Assembly: GCA_965247115.1 (NCBI GenBank)
Contig: CBDFGR010000002.1
Coordinates: 1,088,001 to 1,152,000, forward strand
DNA: 64,000 nt
Direction of reading: 5' to 3'
Source: Myxococcota bacterium
GTDB taxonomy: Bacteria > Myxococcota_A > UBA9160 > SZUA-336
A program made the position numbers and the translations under genes. Positions 27,704-35,913 of this stretch are shown here, one piece after another. Within the stretch, counting starts at the first letter, position 1. Every line of letters begins with the position of its first letter. The notes below the pieces were generated by a model that ran no database searches, was not told the origin of the DNA, and saw only the letters and a program-made list of their open reading frames with translations.

Positions 27704-29019
27704 GCACTCCGCTCGTAGGCTTCGCCGGCATGACCCATCTGGGGCTCTGCTCCGCGGTGGCCGCCGCTGAGAGAGGCTTTCAGGTCGTCTGCTTCGACCC
27801 CGACGAGACTCGTATCGAAGAGCTAGAGGCAGGGAAGCTCCCCGTGGTCGAGCCCGATCTGGAGACGCTCCTGCAGGCAAACAGGAGGCGCGTGCGCTTT
27901 ACGGCCAAGGCGAGTGATCTCGCTGAATGCCCGTTGGTCTACGTGGCGCCCGACGTCCCGACCGATCAGACCGGAGAGAGCGACCTCAGCGCGATCGAAG
28001 GCTTGCTCTCCCTCGTGGAGAGGGAGCGCTCCGACGACTCCGTGGAAGTGATCCTGAGCCAGGTGCCTCCTGGCTTCACGCGGTGTCACCGTTCCTCGGG
28101 GGGAGAGCTCTACTACCAGGTCGAGACGCTCGTTTTCGGGCAGGCAATGCACAGAGCTCTCCATCCGGAGCGCTTCATTGTCGGCTCGCTCGACCCCGCT
28201 GGCCCCTTGCCTCAACCCTACACGTCGTTTCTCGAGGCCTTCGGCTGCCCGATTCTGATCATGCGCTACGAGAGCGCAGAGCTGTGCAAGATCGCAATCA
28301 ACGCCTGCCTGGTTGCCTCGATCAGCGCTGCGAACACTCTGGCCGAGCTCTGCGAAGGGATCGGAGCCGACTGGTCCGAGATAGCACCCGCTCTCCGTCT
28401 CGATCGCCGGATTGGGCCCCACGCCTATCTCACGCCAGGGTTGGGCATCGCTGGAGGTAATCTCGAACGCGACCTCGCCACGATCCAACGGCTCGCGGCT
28501 GAGTTCGGTAGCGACGCAGGAGTAGTACGTGCCTGGGTCGGTCGCAGCCGGCGCAGTCGGGACTGGGTCCTCCGAGTACTCCACCGAGAGGTATTGAGCC
28601 ACCAGCGCCAGCCTCGCATAGCAGTGTTGGGACTCGCCTACAAAGAGGACACCGCTTCGACGAAGAACTCGCCCGCCGTGGCCTTGATCGATCAGCTCGA
28701 GCCCTTCGAGCTCCGCGTCTATGACCCCGTTGTCCCGGCGGCCACACTCGGGCATCCGCGTGTCCAGGCAATGAAGTCAGCCCTCGACGCATGTGCCGGC
28801 GCCGACGTCGTGCTGATCATGACGCCCTGGCGAGAGTTCCGCGAGCTCGAGCCCGCGCTCATCGCGCAGAAACTCTCCGGCCACCAGATCGTCGACCCCT
28901 ACGGAGTCCTCGATAGCAACCGCTGTACAGCTGCAGGACTCGATTACTTCAGGCTGGGGTCGCCCCCAGCGCGAGCCCAGAAAGCCAGGAGAACGCATGC
29001 TCGAGCATCTGAGGACTGA
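27700..29019 (+). CDS. UDP-glucose/GDP-mannose dehydrogenase-family protein lacking the catalytic Cys
   Basis: SAELCKIAINA, LDRRIG..YL.PGLGIAGGNLERD, LGLAYKEDT.STKNSPA, YDP, TPWREF. Confidence 0.85.
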   Translation: MSTPLVGFAGMTHLGLCSAVAAAERGFQVVCFDPDETRIEELEAGKLPVVEPDLETLLQANRRRVRFTAKASDLAECPLVYVAPDVPTDQTGESDLSAIEGLLSLVERERSDDSVEVILSQVPPGFTRCHRSSGGELYYQVETLVFGQAMHRALHPERFIVGSLDPAGPLPQPYTSFLEAFGCPILIMRYESAELCKIAINACLVASISAANTLAELCEGIGADWSEIAPALRLDRRIGPHAYLTPGLGIAGGNLERDLATIQRLAAEFGSDAGVVRAWVGRSRRSRDWVLRVLHREVLSHQRQPRIAVLGLAYKEDTASTKNSPAVALIDQLEPFELRVYDPVVPAATLGHPRVQAMKSALDACAGADVVLIMTPWREFRELEPALIAQKLSGHQIVDPYGVLDSNRCTAAGLDYFRLGSPPARAQKARRTHARASED

Positions 29020-29878
29020 GCCCGCTGTGCCAAAGCGCTGCGTGATCCTGGGAGCGGGCGGATTCGTGGGCGGAGCGATCGTCCAACGGCTGCAGAGCGC
29101 GGAGGCTCCACTGCTCGCCTTGACGCGGAAGCAGGTGGACCTGCTGGCGCCCGACGCCGCAGCCAGCCTGGCCGACCAGCTTCTTCCGGGTGACGCCCTC
29201 GTCCTGGTGTCAGCACTCGCCCCATGCAGGGACATTGAAACCCTGCTGAAGAACCTACGCATGGTCGAGGCCGTGTGTACCGTGCTCGAGAGCATCGATC
29301 TCGATCAGGTCGTCTACATCAGCTCCGACGCGGTCTACGCAGACATAGCCGATCCCATCACGGAGAGCTCCTGCCGCGACCCGGCGAGTCTGCACGGCAT
29401 GATGCACAGCGTCCGCGAGCTGATGTTGCAGACCGCGGCTCGTTCTGCACTCGCAATTCTGCGCCCCAGCATCCTCTATGGAGCAACGGATCCCCACAAC
29501 GGCTATGGCCCCAACCGCTTTCGCCGTACTGCGGCCGCAGAATCGAAGATCACGCTTTTCGGCAACGGAGAGGAGCAGAGAGACCATGTCGCTGTAGGGG
29601 ACCTCGCGGAGCTGGTGTCTCTGTGCCTGGCGCATCGGGCCCAGGGAGCCCTCAATGTCGCCACTGGCCAGTCCATCTCCTTCCTAGAAGTGGCGGAACT
29701 CGTCGCCGCGCAATTCGACAGAGACATCGAGATCATCCCTACGCCGAGGCAGAACCCCATCACCCATCGGCACTTCGACGCCACAGCGACGCTGAAGGCC
29801 TTTCCCAACTTCTTCCCCACGCCGCTCCCAGAGGGCCTCGCTCGCGTCCACCAAGAGGCAACGGCGAATGATGCATGA
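28997..29878 (+). CDS. Atypical NAD-dependent epimerase/reductase (extended SDR)
   Basis: LGAGGFVG, YISSDAVY, SLHGMMH in place of YxxxK, RPSILYG, GEEQRDHV. Confidence 0.82.
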   Translation: MLEHLRTEPAVPKRCVILGAGGFVGGAIVQRLQSAEAPLLALTRKQVDLLAPDAAASLADQLLPGDALVLVSALAPCRDIETLLKNLRMVEAVCTVLESIDLDQVVYISSDAVYADIADPITESSCRDPASLHGMMHSVRELMLQTAARSALAILRPSILYGATDPHNGYGPNRFRRTAAAESKITLFGNGEEQRDHVAVGDLAELVSLCLAHRAQGALNVATGQSISFLEVAELVAAQFDRDIEIIPTPRQNPITHRHFDATATLKAFPNFFPTPLPEGLARVHQEATANDA

Positions 29879-30527
29879 GCTTGACCTCATGCAGAGCCTG
29901 CCCAGGACACGGCGCGACATCGGCGAACGAAGCGGTGCAAAGTCCCCAGAAGTCGTCGAGATAGCACGCCGTTTCGGCAGAGAGTACTTCGATGGGTCGC
30001 GCGACACGGGCTTTGGGGGTTACTACTACGACGGTCGGTGGATTCCGGTGGCGAAGGATATCGTCGACCACTTCGGCTTGAGCGCCGGAAGCCGCTTGCT
30101 CGACGTGGGCTGCGCAAAGGGTTTTCTGGTCAAGGACCTGATGCAGGTGTGCCCAGGCCTCGAAGCCTTCGGCTTCGATATCTCGCGCTACGCAGTGACC
30201 AGCTGCGAGCCCGAGTGTGTCGGTCGCCTCCATGTGGGGAGCTGCGACTCCGTGCCCTTTCCAGACAAGAGCTTCGACGTCGTCATTGCAAAAGACGTGA
30301 TTCACAACCTGGATCGAGAGGGGTGCCTTCGAGCAGTAAAGGAAGTAGAGCGCCTCGCGCCCGGACGCGGCTTCATACAGGTCGATTCCTACCGCACTCC
30401 TCGAGAGCGTGAGGCGTTTCTACGCTGGGTACTGACCGCTCAAACGCACTGTGATCCGGCCGGATGGCGGGCACTCTTCGAAGAGGCGGGCTATACGGGC
30501 GCCTACTGCTGGACGATCATCGAATAG
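29868..30527 (+). CDS. Class I SAM-dependent methyltransferase
   Basis: EYFDG.R..GFGGYYYDGRW, LDVGCAKGFL, PFPDKSFD. Confidence 0.9.
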   Translation: MMHELDLMQSLPRTRRDIGERSGAKSPEVVEIARRFGREYFDGSRDTGFGGYYYDGRWIPVAKDIVDHFGLSAGSRLLDVGCAKGFLVKDLMQVCPGLEAFGFDISRYAVTSCEPECVGRLHVGSCDSVPFPDKSFDVVIAKDVIHNLDREGCLRAVKEVERLAPGRGFIQVDSYRTPREREAFLRWVLTAQTHCDPAGWRALFEEAGYTGAYCWTIIE

Positions 30528-30548
30528 GCCAGGCGCGCCTGAGGACTC

Positions 30549-31484
30549 ATGACTCCATCCGTCTCGATCGCGATCATCACACTTGATCGCCACGCCCAAC
30601 TCGAGCAGACACTAGATGCACTGCTCGGGATCGATCTCCAGCTCGTCTCAGAAGTCGTGGTCATCGACCAAACCGAACATCCGTTCGAAATAGAGCCTTG
30701 GCGAGCGCGCTTCCCTGTCCCGGTCCGATTTACTCACCTGCAGCAGAGAGGTCTCGGCCCAGCTCGCAACGAGGCCTTGAGGCACACCGAGGCCGAGATC
30801 GTGCTGTTCATCGACGACGACGTAGTTCCCGATCACGAACTCGCAAATGAGCACCTCCGCACCTATGCCGATCACCCGATGGCTGTCGGAGTGGCCGGAC
30901 ATGAGCGCCTGCCCACCGCCCGTGGGGTCGCGCGTCTACGCAAGTGGATCAGGCGCATCCTCATCGAGCTGCATCGACCGTACTTCCGCGCCAGCGAGCA
31001 CTATCGGCGGTTCCTTGATCCGCGGGGCTACCCGGTCGCCGTCATCACCAGGACGGGACTCTTCTTGTGCGAGTTCGCCAGTCCGGATGCCTGTCGTGTG
31101 AATACGGTGCGTGGGTGCAACATGTCGTTCCGTCGCAAGGCGTTACTCGCGATTGGCGGGTTTGATGAGGACTTCGTCGGGCCGCGGCGGGACGAGTCGG
31201 ATGTCAGTCTAAGCCTGCTAGCTCACTCGCCCGACGATGAGCTCTGGTTCAACCCGCGCGCGAAGCTCCTGCACCTGATGACTCCGACCGGCGGGTGTCG
31301 AAGTGACGGGACCCGTGAGCGGTGCGCGAAGCTACTCCGATGCGAGCTCCTCTTCGCACGCAAACACGTCACGCGCCTCGGCTACCTGCTGTGTCAGGCG
31401 CGCCTTACCGTGAGCCAGTTCGTGACCCTGGTGCGGTACCCCTCGTTGCTGAGGATTCTCCTCGAACCCGGAGTCTCAAAGTAG
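30549..31484 (+). CDS. Glycosyltransferase family 2
   Basis: VVIDQ, GPARN, LFIDDD, GCNMSFRR, GGFDE. Confidence 0.88.
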   Translation: MTPSVSIAIITLDRHAQLEQTLDALLGIDLQLVSEVVVIDQTEHPFEIEPWRARFPVPVRFTHLQQRGLGPARNEALRHTEAEIVLFIDDDVVPDHELANEHLRTYADHPMAVGVAGHERLPTARGVARLRKWIRRILIELHRPYFRASEHYRRFLDPRGYPVAVITRTGLFLCEFASPDACRVNTVRGCNMSFRRKALLAIGGFDEDFVGPRRDESDVSLSLLAHSPDDELWFNPRAKLLHLMTPTGGCRSDGTRERCAKLLRCELLFARKHVTRLGYLLCQARLTVSQFVTLVRYPSLLRILLEPGVSK

Positions 31485-31497
31485 GAGGATCAGACCC

Positions 31498-32454
31498 TCA
31501 GCCGGACGTCCGCCAGCGGTACCGTAGATCCCAGAACGCTCTGCGGATCGGCATGGGGCCAACCCGGATCAGCAGGTTCTTCACCTCGCGCCACAGGATG
31601 CGCCAATACGGCAGGATACGAAGAGCGGGATGGTGATCAAGGACAGCTGCGCGCACTATCTGAAAGCCGAAGTTCGACAGCACACGCGAGGCATAGAAGG
31701 CGTGGGCCACGTCCGCCAGCTCGAGTGAGCGAAGGCGTGTCAAGAGCTCGTCCAGCACTTTGCGCTGCTCTCGCCAGCTCCGCGCTCCGTCCGAGTACGA
31801 CTTTGCCCGAATTCGAAAGGCGGTGAGAGGCTTCGGCACGTAGCACGCTCCGTAGCGAAACGCGATGACAAGCGTGAGGAACCAGTCGCTGTGCCAGCGG
31901 AGCTCATCGGGAAAGCAGCCAATCTCCATGAGTGTCTTGCGGTGGATCAAGGTGCCCGAGCTCCCGATGCTGTCCCCAATCCTGCGAAGGCTCTCGACCA
32001 GCCCTTCCGGTGACACGTAATCCGGCCGAGGACTGATCGCAACGTGCTTTGGGGTCATGATCCCGGTGCGATCATCGATGAAGTTCTGGTCGGTGAACGA
32101 GATCCGCGCATCTGGAAACCGAGCCAGAAGCTGCAACGAGTGCTCAAAGAAACCCGGGAGGACCAGATCGTCCGCTGAACCAAAGTACAGGAACTCGCTC
32201 GTGGCGCTCTGAATACCTCGGTTGATCGCCGCGACCACTCCCCGGTTGCGATCGTTGCGCAGAAGGCGAACGCTCGGGTACTGCGTCGCGAACTTCTCGA
32301 TTACCTGCACACTGTCGTCGGTGGACCCGTCATCAATGACGATGATCTCCCGGGCCGGCATCGACTGATCTACCAAGGCCTGCAGCGCGCTCTCAACGTA
32401 CTGGGCGTGGTTGTAGTTCGGGAGAATCACGGAGAGCGTCGAAAGCTCACTCAT
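31498..32454 (-). CDS. Glycosyltransferase family 2
   Basis: SVILPNYNHA, IDDGSTDDS, GSADD, ELRWHSDWF. Confidence 0.9.
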   Translation of the reverse strand: MSELSTLSVILPNYNHAQYVESALQALVDQSMPAREIIVIDDGSTDDSVQVIEKFATQYPSVRLLRNDRNRGVVAAINRGIQSATSEFLYFGSADDLVLPGFFEHSLQLLARFPDARISFTDQNFIDDRTGIMTPKHVAISPRPDYVSPEGLVESLRRIGDSIGSSGTLIHRKTLMEIGCFPDELRWHSDWFLTLVIAFRYGACYVPKPLTAFRIRAKSYSDGARSWREQRKVLDELLTRLRSLELADVAHAFYASRVLSNFGFQIVRAAVLDHHPALRILPYWRILWREVKNLLIRVGPMPIRRAFWDLRYRWRTSG

Positions 32455-32484
32455 TGACGATCCACCATTGAGGGCTAGAGGCGC

Positions 32485-33474
32485 TCAGGCGCGAAGCACG
32501 TAGTCCGTCGGCCAGCTTCCGAGGACGTCGATGTACTTCTGCCCCCACTCGACCATCTCTCGGATACCCGCTTCGAGATCAATCTCGGGCTCCCAACCAA
32601 CGTCCCGGCGGATCGCACTGCTATCCAGCCAGTACTGAGCATCCTGACCAAGTCGATCCCCTGTCACCTCGCAGAGATCGTCGAAGGGAATCTGCATCAC
32701 CTGCGCAACCGTCGCCACGAGGTCTCGAATCGAGATGGGTTCGGGCGGCCCAGCGTTGTAGACCGTCCCCAGCGGTGCTTTTTGCGACGTGAGGTAAATC
32801 GCACGGCCCAGGTCCCGCGCATGGATGTAGGACTTGCGCGCGCGCCCTCCCCCGTGGAGGGGCAGCTTCTGGCCTGTGAGACCCGCGACGACTGCCTTGG
32901 GAATGACGCGATGCAGGAGCTGTCCGGGCGCGTACGCATTGGAGGGTCGGATGATGTTCATCGGGAAGTCGAGCACCTGCGAGATCGAGAGCAAGTGCAT
33001 GTCCCCGGCGGCCTTTGAGGCCGCATACGGGCTGGTCGGCTTCAGGGGGGTGTCCTCCTTCGCGGCGAAGTCCACGGCTCCATAAAGCTCGGAGGTTCCG
33101 ATCTGGATCCAGCGTTCGAGGTAGTCGCGGTCCATCAGCTCCTCGGTGACCCTCGCCAGGGCCATGGCGTTGGTCTCGAAGAACCGCCAGGACTTTTTCC
33201 AGGAAACGGCGCCCTCGCCCTGAGCGGCGAAGTTGATGATGACGCCCGGCCTCTCTTCATCGAGCAAGTCGAGGAGTCGGTCGAGCTCGTATGTAATGTG
33301 GATCGCGTGGTACGCGTAGCGCGGATCTCCTTTTCCAACGTTCAAGGAGAACGGCTCCGCCTTTTCGGGGTTCCGACCGACGCTGATCACCTTCTCGGGA
33401 TCCGCCCGCTCAAGCAAGTAGAATGCCGTTTGGATCCCGAATACTCCGCCTCCGCCAAGAATCACATACTTCAT
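32485..33474 (-). CDS. NDP-hexose 4,6-dehydratase-like SDR
   Basis: GGGGVFG, NFAAQG, GTSELYG, PTSPYAASK, RPSNAYAPGQ. Confidence 0.85.
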   Translation of the reverse strand: MKYVILGGGGVFGIQTAFYLLERADPEKVISVGRNPEKAEPFSLNVGKGDPRYAYHAIHITYELDRLLDLLDEERPGVIINFAAQGEGAVSWKKSWRFFETNAMALARVTEELMDRDYLERWIQIGTSELYGAVDFAAKEDTPLKPTSPYAASKAAGDMHLLSISQVLDFPMNIIRPSNAYAPGQLLHRVIPKAVVAGLTGQKLPLHGGGRARKSYIHARDLGRAIYLTSQKAPLGTVYNAGPPEPISIRDLVATVAQVMQIPFDDLCEVTGDRLGQDAQYWLDSSAIRRDVGWEPEIDLEAGIREMVEWGQKYIDVLGSWPTDYVLRA

Positions 33475-33624
33475 CGTCTAACTCTCTCAGTCATGTACCA
33501 AACCAACGAACCCCGCGGATTATAGCCTATGAGAGGTCCCGCCCACATGCTCGGAGCGTGCAGCGTGCCAGGATGCGCGCCCGAGTGATATGATGCACCC
33601 TGACGAGTTCCACCAATCGCGCGC

Positions 33625-34542
33625 ATGAGTTCACCCAACAACGCACTGCCTGCACGATCCTCCGACGCAGCGCGGGATAGCGGGATCGAGTACGGCACGG
33701 CCGCTCTGTCAGGACGTCTCGCTCGTCTACCTGCGAAGCTCATCAAGAATCTGTGGGCTATGTTTCAGCTGATTCTCTCGAACCGTGGGTTGATCTGGCA
33801 ACTCACGGTCCATGAGCTGCGTTCGCGGTATGCCGCGACCCTGATCGGGTCGGTTTGGGCGGTCATCAACCCCGTCGTTGTGATCGTTGTCTTCTGGTTC
33901 GTGTGCTCCTATGGGCTTCGCATCACCTTCGAGAGCGGGCCACCGTACTTCCTTGTCCTGTTCTGCGGCCTCATCCCGTGGATGACCTTCAACGAAGCGC
34001 TCACCGGGGCGGCCGGAGCAGTTCTCCAGCACCAGTACCTTGTAAAGAGGGTCTCCTTTCCTCTCGAGATCCTGCCTATCGTGAACATCGTTTCCGCCGC
34101 GGTTGTGCACTTCTTTCTCGTAGCGCTGCTGATGATCATCCTGCTGCTGTCCGGGATCCGCATCACACCACACTCTTTTCAGGCAATCTACTTCCTGATA
34201 GCCATGGTGTCGCTGACGATCGGACTGAGCTGGGCCTTCGCTGCGCTGCAGGTATTCCATCGAGACCTCGGGCATGCACTCGCTGCGATCTTGACGATCT
34301 GGTTCTGGATCACCCCAATCGTATGGCCAGTACGCGACCTCTCCGATCGAGCGATGTGGTTGATCCAACTGAATCCACTCTTCTACGTGGTCCAGGGGTA
34401 CCGGAACGCCTTCCTCTATGAGGCACCCCTCTTCGCGATGTGGCCCCTCGACGTCTACTTCTGGGGGTTGACGGTCACGCTGCTTGTTCTCGGGGCAACC
34501 GTATTTCGACAGCTTCGGCCCCACCTTGCAGACGTCCTATGA
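33625..34542 (+). CDS. wzm: Polysaccharide ABC exporter permease
   Basis: ELRSRYA..IGSVWAVINP, GLIPW..F.E, LVKRVSFPLEILP, FWITPIVW, NPL; start uncertain (alternative ATG 33760). Confidence 0.9.
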   Translation: MSSPNNALPARSSDAARDSGIEYGTAALSGRLARLPAKLIKNLWAMFQLILSNRGLIWQLTVHELRSRYAATLIGSVWAVINPVVVIVVFWFVCSYGLRITFESGPPYFLVLFCGLIPWMTFNEALTGAAGAVLQHQYLVKRVSFPLEILPIVNIVSAAVVHFFLVALLMIILLLSGIRITPHSFQAIYFLIAMVSLTIGLSWAFAALQVFHRDLGHALAAILTIWFWITPIVWPVRDLSDRAMWLIQLNPLFYVVQGYRNAFLYEAPLFAMWPLDVYFWGLTVTLLVLGATVFRQLRPHLADVL

Positions 34543-34554
34543 GGGGTCGTTGCG

Positions 34555-35907
34555 ATGGCAACTGACGCAGCGATTAGAGTCACTCACCTTTCGAAGAAGT
34601 ATCAGCTCTTTGATTCCAAGGCCCATCGAGTCCGCGAGGCTCTCCATCCTCTCCGCCGCACCTATCACCGAGAATTCTGGGCCTTGAAGGACATCAACCT
34701 CGAGATCCCGAAAGGCCTCACCGTAGGCATCCTGGGTCTCAACGGCTCGGGGAAATCAACTCTTCTTCAGATCATTGCTTCGGTTCTCGAACCGACGGCC
34801 GGTACGGTCCAGGTCGACGGAAAGGTCGCTGCGCTTCTCGATCTCGGAGCCGGACTCAACCCGGATCTGACCGGACGTGAGAACGTAGTCCTGAGCGGAA
34901 CGATCATGGGGCTCAGCCGCGAGCAGATTCTCGAGCGCATGGACGAGATCGAGTCCTTTGCCGACATTGGGCAGTTCTTCGACCAGCCTATGAGGACCTA
35001 CTCGTCTGGCATGTTCATGCGCGTCGCCTTCTCGACCACGATCTACGTGGACCCCGAGATCCTACTGATCGACGAGGTCCTCTCCGTCGGAGACATCAAG
35101 TTTCAAGAGAAGTGTTTCCGCCGACTCAGAGGTCTGCAGGAAGCTGGGAAGACCATCCTCATTGCCACTCATGATCGCTCGATGGTGCCGCGAATCTGCG
35201 AGCTCGGCTTAGTGTTGCATCAGGGTGAGCTCGTCGAGCTAGGAGAGCCCGCTCGAATCATCGACCTGTACGGCCAACTGCTAGCCTTCGGTCAGGTTCA
35301 GGACGAGACCGCTGTTCCAGGAGTGAACCTGACTTCCGTTGAGAGTGTAGACGCCTGCACGCAACCGACTCGAGAAGTCGTCGACCCGATCAAGGCCTTT
35401 CTCGAGAATCCCTCAGTTGAGGATCGGTGTAATCTGAACCCCACGTATAACAAGTATGAGCAGCGAAGCGGCGACGGGCATTGCGAGATCATCGACTTCC
35501 TGATCCAGGAAGGATCCAACCTCAACCCGAGTAGTATCTACGCAGGTGGTCACGTGGACATCTATGCAAAAGTGCGCTTCCACTCAGAAGTCGAGAGTCC
35601 CATCTTCGGTCTCGAGTTCATGAACAAGGAAGGCGTCATCCTCTATGGAATCAATACCGAGATGATGATGAAGAGCCTCGAGTCCGGGAGGCCCGGCTCT
35701 ATTCGCTGCTATCGCTTCAGAGTACGGGCGGCACTCTCACCCGGTGATTGGTTCATCTACTTCTGCATTGCCCGATCCTCGACCGAACTCTGCGACTACC
35801 GCTGCGCCCTCTCGCATCTCCATGTCATGGAGCAGCATCGATACACCGGACTCACGAGGTTCGAGACGGAGTTTCGAGAGCTCGAGGCGACGGATCCCTT
35901 TCCCTGA
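34555..35907 (+). CDS. wzt: Polysaccharide ABC exporter ATPase with C-terminal Wzt_C-like domain
   Basis: FWALKDIN, GLNGSGKST, YSSGM, LLIDEVLSVGD; ~150 aa beta-rich C-terminal extension. Confidence 0.92.
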   Translation: MATDAAIRVTHLSKKYQLFDSKAHRVREALHPLRRTYHREFWALKDINLEIPKGLTVGILGLNGSGKSTLLQIIASVLEPTAGTVQVDGKVAALLDLGAGLNPDLTGRENVVLSGTIMGLSREQILERMDEIESFADIGQFFDQPMRTYSSGMFMRVAFSTTIYVDPEILLIDEVLSVGDIKFQEKCFRRLRGLQEAGKTILIATHDRSMVPRICELGLVLHQGELVELGEPARIIDLYGQLLAFGQVQDETAVPGVNLTSVESVDACTQPTREVVDPIKAFLENPSVEDRCNLNPTYNKYEQRSGDGHCEIIDFLIQEGSNLNPSSIYAGGHVDIYAKVRFHSEVESPIFGLEFMNKEGVILYGINTEMMMKSLESGRPGSIRCYRFRVRAALSPGDWFIYFCIARSSTELCDYRCALSHLHVMEQHRYTGLTRFETEFRELEATDPFP

Positions 35908-35913
35908 ACGGAG

